Shown: one piece after another, positions 12,465-24,094 of the stretch
How the letters are laid out: every line of letters starts with the position of its first letter
Position numbering within the stretch: the first letter of the stretch is position 1
NCBI RefSeq assembly: GCF_001194135.2
Contig: NC_069003.1
Span: 19,734,795-19,798,794, forward strand
Origin: Octopus bimaculoides
Lineage: Eukaryota
Length of the DNA: 64,000 nucleotides
Direction of reading: 5' to 3'
The notes under the pieces: generated by a model
The model's database searches: none
What the model was told of the DNA's origin: nothing
The model's input: only the letters and a program-made list of their open reading frames with translations
Made by a program: the position numbers and the translations under genes

Positions 12465-12900
12465 NNNNNNNNNNNNNNNNNNNNNNNNNNNNNNNNNNNN
12501 NNNNNNNNNNNNNNNNNNNNNNNNNNNNNNNNNNNNNNNNNNNNNNNNNNNNNNNNNNNNNNNNNNNNNNNNNNNNNNNGAGGAGGAGGAGGAGGAGGAG
12601 GAGGAGGAGGAGGAGGAAGGTGGTGGTAGTCGTGATGATGATGACAATGATATTGATGGTTGTGGTGGTGGTGATGATGATGCTGGTGGTAGTGATGATG
12701 ACAATAATGGTGGTGCTGGAGATGATGATTATGATAAAGAGGAGGAGGATGGTGACGCTAGTGGTTGTGGTGATGATGATGATGGTGATGATAATGAGGG
12801 TGGTGGTGGTGACAAGGATGGTGATGGTAATGATGGTTATGATGCTGATAAAGATAGTGCTGTTGCAGCAGCTGCTGCTGATGATGATTGTGATTGCAGC
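12360..12900. repeat. (GAT)n/(GGA)n/(GGT)n trinucleotide low-complexity tract with a gap
   Basis: Pure (GAT)n at about 12410-12464, (GGA)n at 12580-12617, then degenerate triplets. This explains the poly-D/H/M/V ORFs. Confidence 0.95.
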
Positions 12901-14017
12901 GGCAGCAAATATGGAAGTTGAAATGCTGACATAAGTTTGGTGCCAAAATAATTCATCCTACCCTCTTTACCCCCAACACCCCAATCATCACCACACACCT
13001 TCCATTTTGCTACATCACTGTCTATCTATTTTCTTTTGATCCACTTCTGATATCAATTTAAATCAATTTTTTGTAATTTTTTTTTTTTTTGAAAAATCTG
13101 ACTGGCTTCCATTTACAATCAAATAATACTGTCCATCTAGGAGACACATGTACAATTTCAGTTGTGTTTTGTCAATTTCCTCTTTTTTCCTTATTTTTTG
13201 TCATTATTTATTTATTTATTTATTTATTTATGTTAATATTAAACAGCTAAGTGCAGGGACAATACCAAATCTTAATGGCATGCCAGACCACATCCCCACC
13301 AACATCAGTGCAGCCCACAATTATTACAAATGCTACATAACCTTCAATTTCTCTTCAAACAACCTTTTGAAGTATGTACTAGCTTTACATTGAATGTCCA
13401 ACTAATGTTTACTAAATAAACAAATAATATAAAAGTACAGCAACAACAATGGTTTCAAATTTTGGGGGAGGGGTTCAGTCAATTAAATTCACACACACAT
13501 ACACACACACACTGCTCCACTAGTACTTATTTTATCAATCCCAAAAGGATAAAAGACAAAGTCAACTTCAGTAGAATTTGAACTCAAATGGACGAAATGT
13601 CTCTAAGTATTTTGCCTGGCATTCTAATGATTCTGCCAGCTCGCTGCCTGAATAATAATGGTTTCAAATTTTGGCACAAGACCAGCAAGTTTGGGGGAGG
13701 GGTAAATCGATTGCATTGATCCTAGTGCTTGACTGTTTTTGAACTCAAAATATAAGGCATAGGTATTAAAAGTTCACTTCACAAACACATGGTCCCAGGT
13801 TCAATTCCATGGCATGCATACTGTGCAGATGTCTTCAACAATAGCTTCAGTGAGTTAAAAATTTAAATGTAAATTGTGACACTATGTATGTATGTACATA
13901 CATACATACATATGCATTATTCAAAACAGTTTGATTCAGTTCCATGCTCCTTTAAGTTTCACAGGCCCCTAACAGGAGTCTGACTCTTTCAGGCCTTTGG
14001 AATGCCAAATGGAGAGA

Positions 14018-14170
14018 TCAGGAAGTCCAAGATGGTTACCGGAAGATAGGCAGCTATTGGTCAAGGAGGGTCACATGGTATTGTAGCAAAAAACGCCAAC
14101 TATTTGCCACCATGTGACCCTCCTTGACCAATAGCAGCCTATCTTCTGGTAGCCATCTTGGGCTTCCTGA
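14018..14170. repeat. Hairpin with 62-bp arms and a 29-nt loop
   Basis: 14018-14079 versus the reverse complement of 14109-14170 differs at only 4 positions. Confidence 0.95.
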
Positions 14171-15067
14171 ACACTATTTTTCAAGTAATGAACAATTTTC
14201 ATCAAAACAATGATATAATTTGTCAACTTGGAACTTATTGCAAAGCTGCATGATAAACAACATTTTTTGTCTCCCCATTCAAGGTCAGTACAAATAGCTT
14301 GTTTCTATTCCCAACCTTTGAACAAACAACATATAGCTGGCCGTAGGCAACAAGAAACTTACCTTTTAAAAGTACAATGATAATTTTTCTGCTGCCACTT
14401 AATTAAAAACAATTTGATGTATGTAAGGCCTTACTTTTGTACAAACAATTATTTGTAGTAGCTGGTACATATCTAAACTCCTGTTTGTAGTTTGAAGGAA
14501 AATTACACCACTGTTGCTAAACACTATTTTATGGTTTGAAATTGCTCTATACATATTTGACCATAAAGATGTTTGAAATTTAGTGTTTTGTAAGGTAATA
14601 ATAAAATTAGTCGAATCTATTTTCATGCAGAGTGCGCTAAGTTGCCATAGCTCCAATGGCCGATGGCATGGAAATAGGTCTGAAAAATTTTATTAATATC
14701 AGAAAAAATACTAAGTTTCCAATATTTTTATGGTAGAGAGTTATGAAAGGTAATATTGTATGAGAGAATGAGTTCAATAGGTATTTATGTTCTAAATGTT
14801 ATAAAGCATGTGTTATGGTTAGATTACTTGATACAGTTATAATATTTAAAGAAAGATTTTTTCAAAATGTTTATCTTGGAAATTACTTTTCAAATACATT
14901 ATTTTCATTATTTACATTCGACAGATATTTGTCCTCATCTTGTTTGTTGTTAACAAAACGTTTTGGCTGATGACACCTGAAGAAGGCTGGAGTTCTATAT
15001 TTAAGAGATGAGGAATTATGTACATTATTTACATTTGACAGATATTGTCCTTATCTTGTTTGTTGTT

Positions 15068-15113
15068 AACACAACATTTCAGCTGATATACCTTCCAGCC
15101 TTCTTCAGGTGTC
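15068..15113 (-). ncRNA. Minimal type-I hammerhead ribozyme (PLE-type, extra nucleotide after the core), partly CpG-decayed
   Basis: The minus strand reads GACAC CUGAAGA A GGCUG gaagguauau CAGCU GAAA UGUU GUGUU. Helix I is GACAC/GUGUU, helix II is GGCUG/CAGCU, helix III is minimal, and the predicted cut is after GUU. Confidence 0.65.
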
Positions 15114-15181
15114 TTGGGGAAATTTTGAACCTAGGTTCTCATTCCTAAGGTATTATTCGATGTTGTTATTATTATTGTTGT

Positions 15182-15256
15182 TCAGGTCACTGCTTGGAAT
15201 CGAACTCGGAATCTTGGGGTTAGTAGCCCATACTCTTAACCACTACGCCATATGCT
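15182..15256 (-). promoter_or_regulatory. tRNA-derived internal Pol III promoter-like module (A and B boxes)
   Basis: Minus strand A box TGGCGTAGTGG (15250-15240) and B box GAGTTCGATTCC (15207-15196), with an anticodon-like arm GGG CTACTAA CCC. No acceptor stem forms, so this is not a true tRNA. Confidence 0.75.
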
Positions 15257-15969
15257 TGTGGGCAATTATGGAGTGAATTTTAGGGCTTATAAATCTAATA
15301 TTTTTCTATCCTTCTTCAATACCGGTTCCCATATGCTGCTCATATCTGCACTCGGTCTGCTTAGGAGGTTATTGTGTCCTAGCATATGTGCTGCTTCTTT
15401 TAGTTTTCGTATTTTCCAGTGGTGTTCTCTGCATTGTTGCCTTTATTGAACTCATAGAGCAAAATATGCCAAATATATTGCTTTGTCAATTCCATTATAG
15501 CTTTGAAAAAAATAACTTAAAATTGAACTGCACTCTTCAAAACTTGCACTAAGAATAATCCACAGGGTAAAATTACTACCTACTTTTACAGCAAGTCGGT
15601 GCAGGTGGTTTATTCCGTGTCCCTCCAACTTTTAGTTCATGCAATTGAAAAAAACTGCATTATTTATCGGGTGACTCTTAGAGCAGATTAAATGTTAATA
15701 TGGATGATAATATTTTTCTACACTATTGACTAAATAATAAATTCTGTAACTTTTTTCTACAAAAATTAGACATATTATTTACAAAAAACAAAGAAATTTA
15801 TAGAGAGAATATTAGCCTTTAATATTTTATTATTATATATATCAGCACCCAAGTATTATTTTTTAGTCTTGTTTAAATAGACATGACTCCAAGAACAATA
15901 ATATACTACAAAATGATTAATAACACCATACCTATGTAATTTCTAATGTCTTTTTAGTTTTTCTTATTT

Positions 15970-16052
15970 TAGCTACTGATGAGTACTTTCTGACAACTCA
16001 GATTCTTAAATATGAATTTCTTGTCTTTCTGTATGAAACGATTGTATAGCTA
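15970..16052 (+). ncRNA. Type-I hammerhead ribozyme with an extended helix II
   Basis: UAGCUA CUGAUGA GUAC [44 nt containing GACAA/UUGUC and GAUUC/GAAUU pairings] GUAU GAAA C GAUU G UA UAGCUA. The core CTGATGA is at 15976-15982, GAAA at 16035-16038, and the predicted cut is GUA after 16046. AATAAA follows directly. Confidence 0.75.
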
Positions 16053-17155
16053 CATGAATAAAAAGATTATCATCCATATTAACATCTAATCTCCTCCATT
16101 TACGTAAATATGAACGAATTTGTTGAACTCTGTTTAATAAGTTAAATCATATACTTAATATTTCTGTATAACTTTTCATATCTACACAAATTTACACTAG
16201 TAAATCCAAAAGTAAAGTATGAAGAAACAATGTAAGAAATCTTTTGAAATTACTCCAATTAAAGGACAAACTCACATTCAAACCCTTTAATATATATATA
16301 AACATATATATATATTGTTGTATTTTGGGATGGTCATGTTGCCAACATGATTTCACTTCAAGAATCTTGCAAAACGAATATATAAACGTAACATTATATA
16401 TATATACACACACTTAAACATACATAAACACACATACAATAGGCTTCTGTGCAATTTGTTTCCCAAATCTCATGCAGAACGTATTGGTTGACCCAAGGCT
16501 ACAAAAGGATCAAACCCAGAATCACATGGTTGCAAAGCAAACTTCCTAACCACAAAGTCATGTTGGCTAAAAAGACTTTGTAGCATTCAATTTCAGCAAA
16601 GTTAACACCAAAATGTACTTAGCCATTCCTGTTTGCTAAGTAAAAAAAAAAATAAGTACAAGACCAAATACTGAGTTGAGTGAGGTAATATAACTGACTA
16701 AAAGTGAGAAAATATCTGAAGGTGGTATTCCTCCAGCATGGCTACAGTCAAAAGATTGACATTAGTAAAACATATTTAAATATGGTGTTGATATTTATAT
16801 TTCATCACAATACACCAGAGATCTCAACACTCCATTGAAAATGCATTTAGAGTTTATGATTTAATGTTTTATCACTAGTAAACACTATGATTCCAATGAG
16901 CCAACAGTAAAGCAAATTAGGAATTATGTAAACACAAAGTGTGTGTGTGTGTGTGTGTACATAAACACACTCCCAGACACATATATACATTAGAGAAGTT
17001 AACAACAAGACTGAAGGTGGTATTTTTTGATGGGAAGGACACTTTCGACTTGTAATTATCTTTTGTGTCATGTGGAGCAGAGAATGAGATTGAAAGCTAA
17101 CTGAAGGACTGCCCAGGGCAACATAAACTTGAGCTATGCCAATGTACATGTGCCA

Positions 17156-17171
17156 CACACACACACACACA

Positions 17172-17229
<58 letters not shown>
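17156..17229. repeat. (CA)n(CT)n compound microsatellite
   Basis: Read directly from the sequence. Confidence 0.98.
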
Positions 17230-17232
<3 letters not shown>

Positions 17233-17908
17233 CTGTGGCCATACTTTACAAAGATAAGTGAGGTAAATGACTTAGGGGAAAGTAGACTAACGCCAAATGT
17301 TAATATAAAAAGCAGTAAATAAATGGTAAGTATGAAATTTTTCAATGAAATTTTAAAACTAAGAAACATATATTAAAGCCATATTTTCAAGCTAAATCAT
17401 CATAACATTGTGTATAAGGCTGGACCTTAAAATTACAGGCATGATCTTTTCAATGATCTTTCCCAATTTCTATCCACCCCATATCATTTACAAGGTTTAG
17501 ATCAACTTAAGGCTATGGTAAATGACATTTGCCAATGATGTCATGCAGTGAATTTGAGCCCAAGACCTTGCAATTGTCAAGAAATTTCTTAACCATTCAA
17601 ACACACAAAAGAAATCCTATCCTGGCAGAGATTACAGATGTAGGATAACAAAATCTCTCTTTATGAAATAGTTTTGCTTCCTGTTGTAATATACATCTAA
17701 AAGGTAAATACTATTACATTATTCATAGTCTGTGCTGTATTTGCTCTGGTTGAAACCAACCTATCTGATGTTATCTGAGATTATCAATGGATTTCCAACT
17801 CTATGAACAGAACAAAGAACCATTCCATCGACATAAAGATAAACTAAATAGAGGAACACTGAGAAGAAAAATATTCATCAAAATGGAGAATATAAATATA
17901 CTTACATA

Positions 17909-17957
<49 letters not shown>

Positions 17958-18408
17958 GTATGTATATTAATCATTTTGGGTTGGCTATGGTTTCATGTTT
18001 TACCTTATTAGCTTGGTTGAACAAGCTAAGGTGAAACATGAANNNNNNNNNNNNNNNNNNNNNNNNNNNNNNNNNNNNNNNNNNNNNNNNNNNNNNNNNN
18101 NNNNNNNNNNNNNNNNNNNNNNNNNNNNNNNNNNNNNNNNNNNNNNNNNNNNNNNNNNNNNNNNNNNNNNNNNNNNNNNNNNNNNNNNNNNNNNNNNNNN
18201 NNNNNNNNNNNNNNNNNNNNNNNNNNNNNNNNNNNNNNNNNNNNNNNNNNNNNNNNNNNNNNNNNNNNNNNNNNNNNNNNNNNNNNNNNNNNNNNNNNNN
18301 NNNNNNNNNNNNNNNNNNNNNNNNNNNNNNNNNNNNNNNNNNNNNNNNNNNNNNNNNNNNNNNNNNNNNNNNNNNNNNNNNNNNNNNNNNNNNNNNNNNN
18401 NNNNNNNN

Positions 18409-18445
<37 letters not shown>

Positions 18446-18794
18446 CAATAGCACTTATGTACTCGAATATCTCTGATACTTTTTGCTTTCCATAACAAGT
18501 AGCAAAAAGCAAAATCTTCAGGAAATATTTCAAAGTAATCTCATGTACCTCACTTTACAAAATTAAATTCTCTCCAACGGTATAATGTGTATGTCTGTAT
18601 GCATGTGTGAACATACATGTGTATGTGTAACCATGCATGTGTGTATGTGCATATGGGTACATAATATGACACCATTAAATTGAATAAACCACAAGAGAGA
18701 GAGAGTGAGACAGATAGGCACACAAACAGTCAGAGAGAGACAGTTAGACAGACAGACAGACAAATAAAGAGACAGCTTGACATACACAGATAGA

Positions 18795-19040
18795 TTAACA
18801 AATAGAGACAGCTAGACAGATAGAGAGATACACAGACATATAAAAAAACGTAAAGGTCTCTATCGAGTAAAAAATATTTCCACTAGATCAGCACAAATTC
18901 ATAGGATGGATATATTAAACAATCTGGTTACATCATACATATTACTCATATAATCAAGATGCACACAAATGTGTATGTACACACACTCATAACACACATT
19001 CTCTCATACAGGGCTAACCAGTCAAATTTCCATTTTTAAC
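18795..19040 (+). repeat. About 250-bp dispersed direct repeat, copy 1 (copy 2 at 24095-24340)
   Basis: Shares ttaacaaatagagacag, aaaaaatatttccactagatcagcacaaattca, catcatacatattactca and ataacacacattctctca with 24095-24340. Confidence 0.85.
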
Positions 19041-19946
19041 AACAACAACAACAACACACACGAAATATTTTCACCCATTCACCAACAACGAAGTAGAGAA
19101 GGAGTAAAAAATACAATTGTTGTTGTCATTCTGCAGCAATCTATCGCCTGTAAGGATTAATGAATTAAATCATCAGAATGATATGTTACAGTTTACAGCA
19201 GTCTAAATTTCTAATTTCTTATAAATCAATCAAGCATAAAAATTAAAATTAAAAATGTAAAAAATATAAAATAAAGAAAAGCAATAACAATCAGATTAAA
19301 GTGTTTTTAGAATAATTTCATTTGACAAGGCCCAGGCTCAATCTGTGTCAGAGAGAAATGGAGCAAAATAGTTCTTCAAATGTTTTTTTTTTAATTTGTG
19401 CATTGTGCTAGAACTTCATTTATTAAATCCATCAGGCAGGGTCGTGTGGTTATGAAACTTGCATCACAGCAGCTACATAACTTTCTGGTTCAGTCCCACT
19501 GTGTGACATCTTGGACAAGCGTCTCCTCAGCCATTACCTAGAACAAACCTAGGCTGGAAAAAGCTCATCAGATGGACTGTAACTATTCTTTGGGGCAGAA
19601 GGCCTAATCCATCACCTAGTTCAATTTAATACCACCACCCCCAATTGGTTCATGGATGACTTTAGTGGAGTCCCCGTTGAAAGTATCTGGACTAGGTATG
19701 GCTGTATGGTTAAGAAATTAGTTTTGCAATTGTCCAGGATTTGATCCCAGTGTGTGGCAAAACTTAGGTTGACTCAAGCCATGTGATTACTGAGCAGAGG
19801 GAACTCAGTTGGCCTGACTTTGTCACATATTGCAGATTTGGCCTAAGAATTAAAATAAAGGTATACATTTCTGTGGAATAATGAACAGCATTACTTATAT
19901 GACAGTGATCCTTGTTTACAACCATCATGCGGCATCAAGACAAGGG

Positions 19947-19984
<38 letters not shown>

Positions 19985-21060
19985 AGACTTCCTTCAGTTT
20001 CTGCCTACTAAATCCACTCACAAAGTTGGCTTGAGCTTACTGTAGAAGATGCTTGCCCAAGGTGCTACACAGTGGGACTGAACCAGAAACCATATATTGA
20101 AAGCAAGCCTCTTAAACACACAGCGTGCATCCACTCACAAGCAAGTATGACTTAATAACCTGTAATATGTTTTTGTTAAATGTTTTAGGTGCCTATGTAG
20201 ACGTGAGCAGACACAGACATCATCTCAGCCTTCCCATCTTTGAACCAGTGGAACATGAAGATGTAACAACAAGGGTGAAGAAAGAGAGATCCACAATGGC
20301 ACACAGTTGGTACTCATTTTCAGTTGAGTAGACTAGCACAATGAAATGAAGTACCTTGCTCAAAGACACAATGTGCCACATGTTCCAGAAATCAAACCCA
20401 CAACTTTGTGATCGTGTGCCCAACATCCTAGTCACTATGCCAGGCATGGGCAACCTTTTTCGAAAAGTGGGCCACATGAGACAAGGCCTATCATCAGGAA
20501 CGCTATGCTACAAAAAAACTTCAAATTAATTTTTCATTAAACATGCCATTCAGAAAACTTCACAAGCTACAGATTGTCCATAACTGTTCTAGACCCAAAA
20601 CCTTCACACACACAAACACACAATACTTTATAGGTCCTCCATTGGTCAAGGTTGAATATGCACAAGTATCTGCAAACTTGGGTATGATCATTTGAGCATG
20701 CAAGTCTCACCTATCCACTGGGGGCCACTACAACTAGGCACAAGTATCATTGCAGGTGTTGCTGTCAGAACGCAAAGGGCCAGAATAGATACCACAAGCT
20801 ATCTTTACTGACACCCATAATAGCTCTGCTAATCCACTATGATGAATTGTTACTCTTTCTTAACAAACCTGAAAGAATGTAAAGCAATGTTGATGTTGGT
20901 GGGATCTAAACTCAGAATACAGAGACACACAGGAACCAATACCACATGGTATTTTATCTTAATGACTGCCAATTCACTACCTTACTACAACTATTACTAC
21001 TACTACTATAGTAAGGGTGTAGTTCATTCATGTTGTTTGCTTGTTTTATTATCTAATCAC

Positions 21061-21140
21061 TGGATTAGTAAACACTGCAGTGATATCAGATGTAATCTAC
21101 CTTCATAGATCTGATATATCACTGCAGTGTTACTAATCCA
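21061..21140. repeat. 80-nt hairpin (about 31-bp stem, 17-nt loop)
   Basis: TGGATTAGTAAACACTGCAGTGATATCAGAT pairs with ATCTGATATATCACTGCAGTGTTACTAATCCA, with two small indels and no substitutions. Confidence 0.95.
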
Positions 21141-21790
21141 TTTACTACATAACAAAAGAAGCAAACAGTATGAATGGACAGTACACTTCTTTCTGTAGTA
21201 GTAGTAGTAGTAGTAGTAGTAAACAATAGCAACATCAATAATATACTAGTATTTACAAGTGAATAGGAAAGAAGGAAGAAGGGGCAGCTGGAGATTTTCT
21301 TTATCTATGCAAAAATAAATAAAATAAAAAAATAATGATATAAATAAAATAAAGTAAATAAAACAAGCACATACAATGATTCCTATGAAAGCTCTTGTTA
21401 TTTTAACAGATTGATTGGATGGTCGAGAAGAAACGAGATATATTTAATAGCAGACCAACAAACAATTATATACAAGAGATTACAAAATCTAACAATGAGA
21501 AATACATACATAAATGCACGCACACACACATGCATTGATATATAACACATGTGCGTGTGTAAAGGAAATGAGATTTCATTGAAATGAAGGTTTCTTCATA
21601 GAAGACATACAAATGAGGTAGAAAAAGAAAACAAGAAACATAAATTAGGTACTTAGTTATTATATCTTGAACAAGATGAATTTTTTTCAGCTGTATGTAG
21701 TAATTGAAAAATACTTGTAGCTATGAAATACTTGTAGAAAAAGCACCTTCATTCTGTTATCAATATACTATTGTTGTGCATGTGAATATT

Positions 21791-21812
21791 TATCTATCTA
21801 TCTATCTATCTA

Positions 21813-21894
<82 letters not shown>

Positions 21895-21895
21895 T
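21791..21895. repeat. (TCTA)n(TA)n(CA)n compound microsatellite
   Basis: Read directly from the sequence. Confidence 0.98.
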
Positions 21896-22644
21896 AGTGT
21901 GGCAGGTAACTGAGAACAGACTAAAGCACAAAGAAAATAAAATGCATCAAACAGAGAAATAAGAAAATGAAGTATTCCAAAAAAAAATAGAACACACTTC
22001 CAATTGGTTACATCAAAGAAACAGGCTATTGAACAACTATCCTCAACCATAATGACAACCCTGATGCAGCCACAGAAGCAAATGCATGATACATGGATCA
22101 CACCATGTGGCCCTTACCCATGCCACCCATCATACTCATGACAGCAGTCTTCCACTATGACTGATTCTCCAGACAGCAGTCCTGGATTCAAATCAAATAC
22201 AGATGGTTTCATTATGCTAGGAGGCTGGTTCTTCCACAGATTGAAAGACATGAACAGCCTTCTCTAAATCATGTAGGGCTTGTACCTGATGTCCTTGTGC
22301 ACCACACATCTAATAATTAAAGTCTACCACCTCCAGCTGCTCAGTGGTCACCCTCATCAACTCTTTGGGGGTTGTCATTTATGAAGTCTTGGACTAGCTG
22401 GATGAACTCCACCATTCTGACAGCATTTGAGTTCACAAACAGCATATCATATCCTCAACCCTACCCCAGAGTGTATTTCTGTCAGTATTTATATCAATCT
22501 ACCACTCATTTCTGTCTTGTACTTATTTTATCATTCTCTATTGGTCAAATCACTAAGTTACAAGACATAAAGGAACACAGCATAAACAACAAAAAATTTA
22601 AAACCAATGTAAACAAACTCCTAGTAAATGTACAACCTCAAAAT

Positions 22645-22815
22645 AATTGAGACCACATCTCAAAGACAGGCCCTTCTCTTCAGGGTCAGAAAAACTACTC
22701 CAGCTCCTGACAATTACTAACACCCTACAAAGTTCAAATAAGGCCTACAGTCAACTAATGTTCTCAGATCTGGGATGAAGCTGCTACAGTACACAGATAT
22801 CCTAAACTGCATCCA
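22645..22815 (+). mobile_element. Old CR1/L2-clade LINE RT C-terminal remnant
   Basis: Frameshifted IETTSQRQALLFRVRK and QLLTPYKVQIRPTVN*CSQIWDEAA resemble the CR1-clade LYKxxIRPxLEYCSxIW motif. Confidence 0.6.
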
Positions 22816-24094
22816 GTTATTACACAGCGTTGTCTACCAAATTTCAGCCACAAAGCATCAGTTACTCAAAACCAGAACTATAGGCTATAGCTGAAAAAGA
22901 CTTGGGATCAATCCCAGAATTCTATGATAGCTAAGAAAACTTTATATCCACAAAGCCATTCTTACACTAGTGATAACAGCAAATAGTATATTACTTACAG
23001 ATATTTTTACTTTATGGCTTCATAAATCAATCAATCACATCAGACATTATTCATCAATATAAAACAGACTATGCTCTCACTTTCTCTCTCTGATTTTGAA
23101 CTTAGTTATTGTAAATGTATATATAGTAACTGAACTGGCAACACATTTCATTACAAACCTAACACCATCACCACTACCATGAAATTTTTCAATTTGAAAA
23201 TTCAAATTCAGGAAACTGAAATGGTTGTCTGCAAGTGAAGTTCAACAATTAAGTTGTGTTGGTAAGTAATCATGCAAATAAAAACAAACTTGAATGTAAA
23301 TTCAATATAAAAAGAGAAAAAAAAAACATTAATTAAATTTTTTTTCTTTATTCAAATTCATCTTTCAGATGGTTTTTACTTCTTGTATTTTTTTTTTTTT
23401 TCCTTCCAATTTGACCTGATCTGATTTAATTTAAGATTCAATTTCAATTTTATTTAAGAGGAAAAAAAAACTCATTCAATCTCTGCTATCATTAATTCTT
23501 ATTTATAAATGCATAAAAAAAAGCAGCAGTTTTATACATTTAAAAATAGAAGCCAAAATAACTGGAATGATAATGAAAGACAAAAAAAATAGACAAACTT
23601 CAACCAAAATTCTCAGTCCAGGATCAACATTAATGTTCCCATATGTAGTTCCAGGTTCATCCCCTTTGCAGTATCAAACTTTCTTCTACTACTTAGTTGA
23701 AACACCCTCAAAGCTTAGAACCAATGATGAAGCCCCTATATAGTTATTTGACATGCTAGAAAGAGTAGTCAAATAACACTACCATCTTTAAACAAAAAAG
23801 TAAAACATTATTAAATGTAATTTCAGATAATCCTGAACATGATTGGGTTATCATCAGTGAAATATTACATAATCCAAATTAACCTGGGATTAAACAGCTA
23901 AGTTTAAAAACCAACAACTGAGCCTCTATGTGGTTACTTAAAAACCTGCTGTTGCAAGCATTTGGACTAAATCTCTGACTTCCTTCTCCCTTTATTCACC
24001 AATCTTTAAGGCTTCTCTAATCCTGCTAGAAAGATCATGTATGCTTCTAATTCCTCATCTGACTAATTGTTAACCAAGTGATTTGACAAAAAGC

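Larger units (their letters stand above)
14905..15440 (-). mobile_element. 3' end of a Penelope-like retroelement: GIY-YIG-type C-terminus, tRNA-like module, hammerhead, partial tandem pLTR
   Basis: 15430->15287 translates REHHWKIRKLKEAAHMLGHNNLLSRPSADMSSIWEPVLKKDRKILDL*, resembling the PLE endonuclease C-terminal pattern E..W..RK.KEA......L.R.....S.IW.P.L. A partial tandem copy of the terminal region lies at about 14908-14971. Confidence 0.75.

Noticed and set aside
12309-12946. Poly-Asp/His/Met/Val ORFs (also 5587-5814, 35848-36294, 49230-49520)
   Set aside because: These are translations of GAT/GGT/CAT triplet repeats with no splice signals or domain similarity.
15182-15256. tRNA gene (also the tRNA-like heads at about 42015-42090 and many SINEs)
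   Set aside because: A/B boxes are present but there is no acceptor stem, and the sequences run into repeat bodies. They are tRNA-derived modules, not tRNA genes.
19500-19585. Minus-strand CTGATGAGC as a hammerhead core
   Set aside because: No correctly placed GAAA, helix III or helix I complement follows.
20441-20800. hAT-like left end CAGGCATGGGCAACCTTTTT
   Set aside because: No matching right TIR or TSD was found, so boundaries cannot be supported.
23211-23261. Plus-strand ttcag|...|gtaagt segment (KLKWLSASEVQQLSCV)
   Set aside because: It is an isolated 50-bp segment with no partner exons and no recognisable homology. It is likely chance in AT-rich DNA.
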